Notes under the pieces: model-generated
Told to the model about the DNA's origin: nothing
Databases searched by the model: none
Seen by the model: the letters and a program-made list of their open reading frames with translations, nothing else
Shown: positions 1 to 11,404 of the stretch, one piece after another
How the letters are laid out: each line of letters begins with the position of its first letter
How positions within the stretch are numbered: position 1 is the stretch's first letter
Translations under genes and position numbers: made by a program
DNA from: Balanoglossus misakiensis
Lineage: Eukaryota > Animalia > Hemichordata
DNA length: 64,000 nt
Direction: 5' to 3'
Assembly (NCBI GenBank): GCA_040954595.2
Contig: CM082583.2
Span: 9,995,656 to 10,059,655 of the forward strand

Positions 1-175
1 ACCGTGGCTGAAATACGGACACACAATTATCAATATACCCACTGCAGAAGCTCAATTTTCAAACCCCAAAGTCTTTCAATAATCACTGAGCTGTTTGGCT
101 CTCGACATTGCTCAGTATATTGATAATTTTCTGTCCGCCTTCCAGCGACTGCAAGTGTAAGTATATGTCTCAAAT

Positions 176-728
176 TAGCTCTGCGTACAGTTCTGTGTGT
201 TCCCGGCGTTACACGGCCTCCACCCACAGCCCTGCAAGGCGCCATAGAAAAAACTGGTGCTTCTGCGGTCCGGATCCGGACCGCAGCTTTTTCGGCCGAA
301 ATTCGATTTTATCGAAGCAAAATCCTTCCCTGTCTACTTCTGCCTCCTAACCGACTCCAAATATGATGCGACGAACTTGTCTTAACGTCCGAACCGCTCG
401 CTTTCTAAAACTTTTATGTTTACCCATGGAGATAAACTCGCTGTAAGTCTTATATTTAATATGGCGATCTCAACATGTAAACACACAAAAATAAATCAAA
501 CGCGAGTGGTTCGGACGTTAGGACAAGTTAAACGCATCATATTTAGAGTCGGTTAGGAGGCAGAAGTAGACAGGGACAGGATTTTGCTTCGATAAAATCG
601 AATTTCGGCCGAAAAAGCTGCGGTCCGGATCCGGACCGCAGAAGCACCAGTTTTTTCTATGGCGCCTTGCAGGGCTGTGGGTGGAGGCCGTGTAACGCCG
701 GGAACACACAGACCTGTACGCAGAGCTA
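176..728. mobile_element. Non-autonomous foldback/Mutator-like DNA transposon with ~226-bp terminal inverted repeats and a 9-bp target-site duplication, probably intronic in the Nav2 gene
   Basis: Arms 176-401 and 502-728 are near-identical reverse complements (ORFs 108..350+ and 518..901- share the same peptide). The spacer is ~100 bp. The direct repeat GTCTCAAAT flanks both ends (167-175 and 729-737). Long TIRs plus a 9-bp TSD fit MULE/Foldback elements. No transposase is encoded. Confidence 0.88.
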
Positions 729-1275
729 GTCTCAAATAAACCACTAGTGATATTTGTCAGTATGCGCAATCCTAGAAAATCTATAAAACATTCTAAATGC
801 AGTAAGACATTTCCAAATGAAGCTGGAAATACGAACTCAACAGAGTTCATTATCAAACTTGTGTGCATGATGTTGTAACTAACATTTGAAAAAAAATACA
901 TGTACTAGTATATTTTGTGTAATTTTTATTACCGTTAATATTGACCCAACTCGTGATTGTTTAGTTTTTTTTCGTGTAATGTCTGTGTGCAACCTGTTCC
1001 TCAATTTATACCACTAACAGGAATAATACCGTCTCCACTGAAAGGTTACCTTGTTTTTTAACCCCCCCCCCCTCATCCAGAAGTTCACGTTGTCGAATGA
1101 ACTCCACCAACGTGGTAACTGGAAGAAGATGTATTGCACTAGGAGTTTTGGGGATGAAAATGTCAATCATGTTCGACGACTATCCATTATTTGTTTTGCT
1201 CAGACAGCTTTTTGTTGTCTGAATTCTACTTGAATACGAGCTCGAACGAATTTGTTGGTGTTTATATTTTTACAG

Positions 1276-4200
1276 ATTGCACCCGCTGGCGTTGAGATAC
1301 AGAGTAACGACAACAACAGTGAAAAGGATGACGAATCCATAGTGGGAGATAAACGAGGTATGCACGACCTTTGACCTTTCTTCATGAGTTTTTGCCTTGG
1401 ACTACTCGTTTTAGTCCGGTCCCCAGTCACATTTATCTGCGCTTTAGCAGTTGCAATGGTGGGGGGGGGGATATCAGATTATGCTGTTAGGCATAGAGTG
1501 CAACAAACTCGGTTATAAATGAAGCTTATCGATAGCTGATGAATGCTTATAAACAAGTGTTTTCAGAATTAAATCTTTCCAGATTGAACACCGTATACCG
1601 CAAAGTCGACTTAATGTCGTGTTTTTCGAGTTAACCAGAAATTTGCCATCCCCCTTTTTGCCCACAGTGGGTTTTCACGTACGGATGTTAACCGACGAGG
1701 ACACGGAGAAACCGGTGCCTTGCTGTCCGTACAAGCGTTGCTGCGCCTGCTGCAGACTCTGCTGCGTCTGCAACCGGAAGTGCTTCAGGGCCTGGAAGAG
1801 GGTGCAGAGTTCCGTCTACAACATCATCATGGATCCCCTGGTCGACGTCTTCATCACGGTCTGCATTTTGATCAACACTCTCTTCCTCGCCATGGACCAC
1901 CACGGCATCCCACCGCTCTGGAGTGCCATCCTGTTTTATGGCAACTACGTAAGACTATGTTCCCCCTTTTTTGAATGCCTTCATCAAAGATTCTTACCAA
2001 CGTACATTCATACAAACGTACCCGGACCCAAACCTTTGCAACACCTCGATCACAAGCTTAAGCAGCCATGGCCAGACTGCTCGTAAAGAGCGGAATGCGA
2101 ACGTCTTAGAACACTCTGACGAAACACATTATTCAGTTATGTGTACCGCTGTATTCTTGTTGCAGGTCTTCACAGCAATCTTCACCGTGGAATGTACCAT
2201 GAAGATCATGGCGCTGGACGCGGCCTTTTTCAAGAATGGGTGGAACGTTTTCGATCTGTTCATCGTGCTGGTCAGTCTGATGGAGATTCCACTGCAGAAT
2301 GTCAGTGGCTTCTCAGTTCTTCGAGCGTTCCGATTGGTGAGTTCACTTATCGTCCGCATTCCCTATTCGCTAAGTTACGATTGAAATTACATTATACATC
2401 ATGGGTCACTTTCATGACCCCTACGGATTCATACCAACGGAAGTACGAGGATGTTAGGTCATGTAGGGGTTATGAAAATGGCATACGCATTTACAATGTA
2501 GGCATTCGGAGCGACACATGCTTTTTTCTGACTACAGTACGCATCTTGTTCTCTCCGCAGCTGCGTGTGTTCAAACTGGCGCAGTCCTGGGCTACAATGC
2601 GCATGCTCATTTCCATTATCGGCAACACCTTATCATCCATTGGCAACCTCACGGTCATCCTCTTCATCATCATCTACATCTTCGCTGTGATTGGGATGCA
2701 ACTCTTTGGAGATGTTTACGTCATTGAGAATTTCGCGGAGGACGGAGAAGTGCCGAGGTGGAACTTCATCGACTTCTACCACTCGTTCATGATGGTGTTT
2801 CGAATTCTGTGCGGAGAATGGATCGAACCACTGTATGACTGCATGAGGGGGTGTCGGGCCACTGGCAATGGTCTCGAAGGGGCCTGTATCGCCATATTCA
2901 TTATCACCTTGGTTGTTGGCAATTTTATGGTGAGTGAAATGTTACCATATCAAGCTTTCACCATTCCCTTCGCACACCTGTTGCTACTACGTGCATGAAG
3001 TTGCACATCTAACAGCGCCACCCGCCGAAGTTTCATTCCAGTATTTTTGTTTTTATAGGTACTCAATTTGTTTCTGGCGTTGCTGTTGAATTCGTTCGCG
3101 ACCGATTCGCTGAAGGGCAACGGGGAAAATGGACCGGACAGGCTCAAACTAGGAATTCAAAAACTGATTCGGATCGTGACGTGCAGGAAATACCGCAAGG
3201 GCAAAGTGGGCGCCCATCCGAACGAGAAGAAGCCGCTTCCAAGCGAGTCTAAGAAAGACAGCGGGAAGGAAAAGGAAGGTAAAAAATCTGCCCATGAAGA
3301 TAAAGAAGACGAAAACATTTCCCGGATCAGTCTAGGAACGGCGGAAAATGGACTCTCAAGTACCGATAAAGGTTTGTTTTTAAATCATTTGTTGGCATCT
3401 ATACTTCCTTGAGAAAGAAACATGGCAAGTGAAATACTTTTCTCTTTTACACCGCTCATGAATGCACTGTTCATTTTTATTTTAGCAACTGACATTGAAA
3501 TGACTGACTTGGAAAACACCAAGGATTCAAACCAGCCCGATATCATTCCAAACGGAGCGTTGCTAACAGCAGCCAATGGTACTCTGAAGATCGGCAGTAG
3601 CAACAACAGCGTGAGCAGTCGAAATGGCAGTGCCCGCAGCGTCCAGGTATGTTCTGGTGCCCGTGAGTACTGTGGTCGCGCAGCTTAGGTTGTCTTGCAT
3701 GATGCTGAACGTAAACAAAAATAGACCAGTCAAAATAACACCAAGAGACTGAAACATTTGCCCTGTATTCAGTATTTTCTTTCTTCTTGTGTTTTTTTCA
3801 TGAACAGGAAAGACCTGGTAGCGGGAAGGCGCCGTTCCAAACACAGCGAAGTGCCTTCGCGTCGTTCGACACAGCATTGGAAAACAGCAAATCTAAGCAG
3901 GGCGAAAGCGAGCCGGGAGACAAGGGCGAGGAGGACAAGAGCGAGTCTGAAAAGAAGAAGGACGGATCAGACGACGACGGTGAAAAGAAAGACGACGAGA
4001 AGGACGCAATCATCGTGAAAGAGGATCCCGTACAAGACTGCTGCCTGAAGGCCGTCAACAAGTTCTGCGCCACGCGGTGTTGCTGCTCGTGTTGCCGCCA
4101 TTTTGACGACACCGCGTTCGGGAGGAAGTGGAAGATTTTCCGGCGATACGTGTTCAAGCTCATCGAGCACAAGGGCTTCGAAGCCGTCGTGCTCCTCCTC

Positions 4201-7200
4201 ATCTGCGGCAGCAGTTTTGCTCTGGTGAGTATCAGATCACGTGACCAATTGACCGCTCTCACGCATCATGTACAAGCACATCTGGTGTCGATCAAACACC
4301 AAGAGAGGCGCTGTTTGCCCGCCCAACCCTTCCTGCACGAAGTTAAATGGAAAGTGTACGGTCACCCGTGCAAATACTATGGAAAGTTGAGATTTAGCCA
4401 ATCACAAATTTTCGTAGGGTTGCCACGCGAAAAAAATGCTCCACCAAATAGCCATTCGAGTGACTTAGACACAGTGTAACCTTTTAACCATATATATACT
4501 AGTATACATGATTGTACATACGTATATGTTGAGGGAGATTGTATTCCTTTTACGAGTTGCAGCGCTATGTGTTGCAGCTTGAAGAGCAATGTAACTAGTA
4601 TTGCCAAATCTTCTTATTTACAGGTGTTTGAGGACGTTAGGCTAGAATACAACCCAACCATGCAAGCGGTTCTGAAATATCTCAACATATTTTTCGCTGT
4701 CGTGTTCACCATTGAAATGTTATTGAAATGGATTGGCTACGGTTTCGTCAAGTACTACACCAGTTTCTGGTGTTGGTTGGACTTCATCATTGTCTTGGTG
4801 AGTCCCCGCCCGGGTTTGTCATATGCAGATGAAAGCGCCATCTTCTGACATCAATGTTGTGGTTTTGTTTGTTTCGACGGAGAAGTCTGTGTATTGCGTC
4901 ACTAATGTACAGCAAGGCGTTCTGGCCCAGAGTTCGACGACGCTCTTGGTCTGCTGGAGTAAAACCATGCATATTTCTTGGTTTCTTTCTTCCAGGTATC
5001 CAACGTCAGTATAATAGCATCGTCTCTCGGTATGGACGGCCTATCAGCATTTCGGGCTCTGAGAACACTGCGTGCTTTGCGACCACTTCGTGCCATATCA
5101 CGCTGGCAAGGAATGCGGGTAATTATAATACATTCCATGAATCTTAGACTCCAGGTGCTGACGGAATCATCGTTTACTATTTACTGATCGAAAAGTTTCT
5201 CAACATTATCTGCATATATAAGGCAACAGAACTGGATGCTTGCCTTGGTGCAAAATTCAATGGCTGTTGGCATGACGACGTGGGAATAAGGTGCATCCAA
5301 TTCCCCTAACTCGCACAAACTATAAATGGTTCGCTTTTTGTTGCATTCAGATTGTGGTCAACGCACTGGTCCACGCCGTTCCCGCCATCTTCAATGTGTT
5401 GGTCGTCTGCATGGTATTCTGGCTAATCGCCAGCATCATGGGGGTGCAGTTCTTCGGCGGGACTTTCTACAAGTGCCTGGACGACGACGGGGTACAGTAC
5501 AATGCTTCCTTCGTGAACGATAAGGCGGAGTGTTTCCTGAATAATGGCACATGGAAGAACTCTGATATCAACTTTGATAACGTGTTAAATGGGTTACTTG
5601 CTCTCTTCCAAGTGGTACGTGGAACATTTTACTTTTTTTTTCTATTTCACCAAAGTACAAAAAAAGTGTTCCGGGAGTCGCCATTTTCGCTAATTTTCGA
5701 GAGAAAGATATCATGTAACGTCTGCCTAAAAGAAAGGAAAAAAAACTAACTGCGTGATGTATATGTATGAGAGGTTTTCCATGGGACCACGTATCTGTGC
5801 ACGAAAATTAATCATGCCAATTTATAGAATTTGACTAACTTGACCATTGTTTTTGTTGCTAGGCAACGTTTGAGGGCTGGATGGAAGTGATGATAGACAC
5901 TATCGATTCTAGAGGGGTAAGTTGAACACTTCAAAGGAGATCGTCACGTGATTAATATCAATTTATGATTGCTACAACAAGACCCCATTAGCTCGACTTC
6001 AGTCTCCCACTGTCGTCGAGCTAACGACCCATCAGGGAGAGAGACTTTCGCGGATGATTTAGACTTTATGTTTTATTTTATAATTTTTCTCAGGTGGATC
6101 TGCAACCAAGCCGCGAAGCATCCAAATATGCCTACCTCTACTTCTTCGTATTCATTGTCTGCGGCTCCTTCTTCAGTCTTAACTTGTTCATCGGTGTAAT
6201 CATCGACAATTTCAACGTTCTGAAGAAAAAGGTGAGGTGACTTCAATACGAAGTTTTAACATGTGTTAGCTCCCTCTATCGTCTTACAAGCAAATATCAT
6301 GGCAGATCATATTCTGAAACCAAACTGTCGCATATTATCCGATTGCAGTACGAGGGAGACAGTACGCTGGACATGTTTTTGACATCAAACCAAAAGAATT
6401 ACTACCAAACCATGAAACGACTCGGGCAGAAGAAACCATCTAAGCAAATCAAGAGACCAACGGTAAGCGATACCATGGTTACGATAAAGAAATCGAACTA
6501 TATAATTATTAATCCGCTGGGCGAATGGATTGATTGCTGTTCACTGGTGTGTGTGTTGGTTTTTCTCTAACTTTGTCGTCGAAGTTTGCCTTTTGTTTCA
6601 CATTTTGCTCAGCGTCGTCAGTTTTTGCGCTTGCCGATTGCTCAGTGTTTTTTGTCCTGATTTTGCAGTTTGATTTTTGCATGAAATTATCTGCCAATTT
6701 CCCATAACACATCCGTTTTCCTCATCCCAATTTTCCCTGCATGCTTACGTTATTTTGACTTCCGATAATTTTGCAGACTCGTGTAAGTAATCTGTTGTAC
6801 CACGTATTGTTTTCAACGAACAGGTGATTTTTGTCGCCTGCTTTAACACTCATGTAAAGAATATAAGATAGAATATACCGTGCTCAATGTTATTCTGGTA
6901 GCTATAGGTTGCAAATGTTTCCTGTCTGTGCAGGATCTAGGACTTGGCAAGGCAATAACGACACCGCACTTTTTTTTCTCTACGTAAACAGAACAAGGTT
7001 CAGGCGTTTTTCTATGACGTCACCACGAGTAATAAGTTTGAAATTTCCATCGTGTTGATGATCTGTGCAAACATGATTGCCATGGCCGTGGAGCACTACG
7101 GCCAATCAGAAGACATTACCGCCGTGCTGGATGTCCTCAACATCATATTCGTGGCCATATTCGCCTGTGAGTGCATCATGAAGATCATAGGAATGAGGTG

Positions 7201-8852
7201 GCACTACTTTAAGCGGCCTTGGAACGTCTTTGACTTCATCATTGTCCTGCTGTCCATATTAGGTAGGCACATTATCCCGTCATCCGGGTATCTTTGTCAT
7301 CCGCGCACGCCGGGGTGGGGCCCGGTTTCTTGATCGGTTGGCTTCGCCGATGTTTTGGTCCCTACTGTTATCTTATTATAATAGGCAGTTGACTTGAAAA
7401 GCAAAGCTTTCGAACATTATGGGTCAAATTGATCCAATCAGTAGCTTTGTAACATCAGTTTTTTTTATCTTTATTATCTTTTCAGGCATTGTTTTGGATG
7501 ACCTGCTATCAAATGTAGTCATAAGTCCAACGTTGCTTCGTGTCGTCCGCGTCTTCCGTATCGGCCGCGTGCTGCGTCTGGTCAAAGCGGCAAAGGGAAT
7601 CCGCAAACTGCTCTTCGCCTTGGTGATTTCCCTCCCGGCCCTCATCAACATCGGTGCTCTGCTCTTTCTGATCATTTTCATTTACGCCATCTTCGGAATG
7701 AACTTCTTCGGCTACGTCAAGAAAGAGGGCGCCCTCGACGAAATGGTCAATTTCGAGACATTTGGCAACGGCCTGATATTGCTGTTTCGCTTGGCGACGT
7801 CGGCGGGGTGGAACGACGTGCTGGAACCCCTGATGGTACAGCCGCCCAATTGCGACCCGAATTACAGGGGTATGCCCAACGGCAACTGTGGCCAGCCGTT
7901 GTTGGCGGTCCTTTATTTCGTCAGCTTCATCTTTCTGACGTTTCTGATCATCATCAACATGTACATAGCTGTTATTCTTGAGAACTTCACGCAAGCGCAC
8001 GCGCAAGAAGAGGTCGGGATTACCGAAGACGACTTCGACATGTTCTACATTGTGTGGGGTCGCTACGACCCTGTTGCCACACAATTCATCAAGTTCGAAC
8101 AGGTGTCCAAGTTCTGCGACGAACTTGACCCTCCCCTTCGCCTGGCGGCGCCCAACCGAATCAAAGTGACCGGTTTGAATCTCACCCTGTATGAGGGCGA
8201 TCGGGTGCATTGTCTCGACGTGCTGTCGGCGCTGACGAAGCGCGTTCTGGGCGAGGTGGAAGAGTCCGACGACTTTCAACAACTGCAGGAAGAAATGGCC
8301 ATGCGGTTCAACGAGTCGTTCACCATTCGCTCGCAGACGGTCGCCACTGAGACGACTTTGGAAAGAAAGAAGAAGGAAACTGCCATAGTGAAAATTCAGA
8401 AAGCATGGAGGCTTTTTAGACTGAAGCGAGAAATCGGCCGCGCCGCCTCGACGAGATCGAGAAACAGCCAAAGCAGTTTGACCAGCTCGCGCAAGAACTC
8501 GGCCCTGCTGAGCGTTGGCGACAGCAAACTGGTGAATTTAGATAATAGCTTTAACAGTTCGTTCGGTAACACACTGACAGTTCATCCCGAGAAATACGGG
8601 CAGAGCCCGCGCGGGTCCACCCCGTCACTGAACGCAAGCGGCCACAAGAAGCCGCTTCCCAAGATCGATAACACCAACGGCGCCGCGTCGAAGAAAAAAT
8701 CCACGGCCGAAGAAGAGTGGGACGACGTCCCAACAATTGAAGCTTCGGTTCAAATAGTGAACGAGTCGGCGAAAAATGTTAAAGACAGGCCAAAATCAAG
8801 CAAAGCTTTTCAGGAGAGGCCGAAAACTGGCAAAAAGGGCTTAAAGACATGA
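1276..8852 (+). CDS. Nav2: Voltage-gated sodium channel alpha subunit, Nav2 (DSC1/BSC1-like) clade; partial, DI-DII linker to C-terminus, domain I upstream of the window
   Basis: Phase-consistent GT-AG exons: 1276-1357, 1668-1948, 2166-2336, 2561-2929, 3059-3371, 3486-3646, 3808-4224, 4624-4797, 4996-5118, 5351-5614, 5863-5916, 6094-6231, 6349-6462, 6992-7262, 7486-8852 (TGA). S4 sensors: [51 protein letters not shown]. Pore loops: LCGEW (DII), ATFEGW (DIII), ATSAGW (DIV). DIII-IV linker DMFLT. C-terminal EF-hand-like region and IQ motif IQKAWR. Confidence 0.95.
6777..6782 (+). other. Candidate 6-nt cassette microexon (ACTCGT, Thr-Arg) in the Nav2 DIII-DIV linker intron
   Basis: TTTTGCAG|ACTCGT|GTAAGT. 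Consensus acceptor and donor, frame-preserving inside a phase-0 intron, with a pyrimidine/TGC-rich upstream intron. Confidence 0.6.
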
Positions 8853-10158
8853 CAGCAACGATGACTGATCATGTTTGCGACAAAAACTGTAATTTTAACT
8901 ATTGTGTGAATGTGCAACGACTAAATAGGCCTTAAAGGGTCTTTATTGAGCTCTAAGTGCCAGAATATCACGGTGGAGGGACAGGAGGAATTGACTAACG
9001 TGCCAACTTGCGCCACCACAGGCGACAAGTGATTTTTACCAGTAGATTTAGACAGGTGAGATGTCCCGAGAATCTTGTTCAGTGCCTCTCACTCTGAGGG
9101 CGTTTGGTCCATCGGAGAGAACGAACGAACGAACAAACAAGCCAAATGTGTTTGATAAAATGGCGATGCTACAATTTACGTTTTTTTTAAAGAAGTGGCA
9201 GTGTAAACATTTTAACACGGAAACTATTCCTATTCGATACTATAGACGTATACATTCTTCCTGACGAAAGGTAGGCCATCCCTCGAAATTGCAGCGTTAT
9301 GTTGCTGCACGCAGTTAACATGGTTAATACATGGCTGGCCGTAGCTTGAGTTTTCTATTCCAGGTTGAATTATTGGCGGCCATATTACACCGAGAGTTAC
9401 CTATGCTGGTGAACTCGGACTGTGCGTCGATCGTGCTTATGGTGCTTTCCATTATATCAGCGTTTTCAAAGCATTTCCACAATGTCGCGTGAATCAATGA
9501 AGCGTACAGAAATTGCCGTAGAATGAGACACGTAAATCGAGAAAAAACAAACAAACACAGTTCTGTTACCACATTTGTTTAAAATTTGAAACTCAAATCT
9601 TACAGTATGTAGCGAGAAATGTCTTTTTTCCATTGGTAAGATTTTTTTTCAAACATTATAATGACGACATCATTTGGTATTTAATGACAAAAGCCACACA
9701 TCGTTACAATATACATGTACCTGTTAATAATTCTGCGGCAATAAATGTCGACATAGCGTTCTATTCAAGAAACCGCCCCAGCCTTCAGTCTAATTTATAT
9801 CCGGGGCATTAGAAAGGCTGACTTTGACTTTTCCGAGTGCACAAGAACGATACAACGACTAATGAATGATCTATGCAAATTTTGTATTTCTGGTAATACT
9901 TAACTAATATAATATGCGGTGTATACCTGCGTCTGCGTTCTTGAGGCTAATAAAAAAATGGATACTTCTGAATCCATTTACGATTCTTCATCGAAGCTCT
10001 AGATTAGACATCACATTTATATCTTCTGTGGGAGTTTTTTCCACCTATAATAATGTACTGTATTTTGATAGTCTGTACAGTATTTTTTATAGATTTCTAT
10101 TTAATATTTTATGAAAAGTGACAGCTATGTTGTAAATATATTTCGAAATCTGGTTTGC

Positions 10159-10173
10159 AATAAATACAATAAA
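10159..10173 (+). terminator. Probable polyadenylation signals of the Nav2 gene
   Basis: Two AATAAA hexamers (10159-10164, 10168-10173) at the end of an AT-rich ~1.3 kb stretch after the stop codon, followed by T-rich sequence. Confidence 0.5.
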
Positions 10174-11326
10174 AAAAGTAATGTTTTACAATGCTATTTT
10201 CCTTGTATGACGTTCTTTGCCAACCGCGTTGTGCCAACCGTTGTAATGACTAAAAAAACTGACACTTTGGGCCACCGTTGAAACTGACCGATGTGGAAAT
10301 TAGGGGAGCTTTCTTTTACTAGAACTTGTGGTCGGTCGGTCATGTAAAATATGCCCCTCCATATCGCGCATTGCTAAATGTGATCCTCCCCTAGAACAAT
10401 TTATGAACCTCCCCTAGGGCAAGTTTGTAAAATGTGACCCCCCACCGTTTCCTCCGGCCCACCCCTAGTTTCCCTGGCTCGCCCGTCGAGAAAGCGAGTG
10501 CTCTCTGATGAACATGACTTGGCCTGGTTGCGTAATGGATGCGACGTGGATACTACTAGTATACTCAGGTAATGCAAGCGGGGTGTTCAGCACCTAAACA
10601 AACACACGCACAGGTCATTCGATATGGATATTGTGCTTTATTATGATCATATGGAACTAAATTTAGCTCCCGTGTCTGGCGTAAACAATGAACGTCTGAC
10701 ACAAGAGCCGCGTCTTGCGAGCAAGGCACTCGAAAAGAACATATCATACCGGGCAGTCTTGCGCGACACACGTACTTTATGCACGACGCGAGTACCCTTC
10801 AAGTATACAAAAATCCGTGATATAATTTTAAGATTCATACGGTATTTATTTTCTCGCGAGAGTGAGTGAGCGAGTGACATCTTCTGGCTGGCGAGAATGC
10901 CTCGCGAGCATTTCCAAAGATACTGGCACGTGGCGACACTCACCTGTTCGAAAATTCTTTGAAAATTGTCTGAGCCGTCAATCTGCGATCCTGACGCGGG
11001 GGCACGTTTTCCATTATGACTTGTCTGCCACCTGTTGATTTGTACAGGTGCAATCTGTCGTTGAGACAGACGTCACGACCTCTCTCTCTCTGTTTTGACG
11101 CGGGTATTGGCCGAGCTTTGCTTGTCCAGTACCCCGCCACCTGTTAACAAAGCCCCGGGTTGTTTTGACGCTCGTTCTCGTGCTGAGGAGAAGCGAATTG
11201 AAGAATGGCACGGTTGCCGAGTGAAGCGAGTTTTGCGTGTATAGTCATAGACAGTAGAGGAGAGAATAATTTACCCAGACAGGGATACAAACAGACTTTC
11301 CAAATGGCTTTGCTGGCACAATTCCC

Positions 11327-11404
11327 GGTCAGACCAGAAAAAAAGAAAAACACAGAATGATGTAGGTCAGACCAGAAAAAAAGAAAAACACAGAATGATG
11401 TAGG
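11327..11404. repeat. Perfect 38-bp tandem duplication
   Basis: GGTCAGACCAGAAAAAAAGAAAAACACAGAATGATGTA at 11327-11364 and 11365-11402. Confidence 0.9.

Noticed and set aside
108-901. Two ORFs on opposite strands encoding nearly the same peptide
   Set aside because: Explained by the transposon's inverted repeats; no transposase or other domain motif.
1358-7485. Possible U12-type (AT-AC) introns, as known in vertebrate Nav1 genes
   Set aside because: All introns assembled here are GT-AG with U2-like donors, and none begins with RTATCCTT.
7509-8471. 320-aa minus-strand ORF
   Set aside because: Antisense shadow of the GC3-rich last Nav2 exon, with no recognisable domain.
10300-10470. Possible MITE fragment with CCTCCCCTAG sub-repeats, sharing CTCCGGCCCACCCC with ~22180
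   Set aside because: Probably pieces of a dispersed repeat, but paired TIRs and a TSD could not be established.
11327-11404. Direct repeats resembling a CRISPR unit (also 25737-25784)
   Set aside because: Only two abutting copies with no spacers, in a eukaryotic context with no cas genes; simple tandem duplications.
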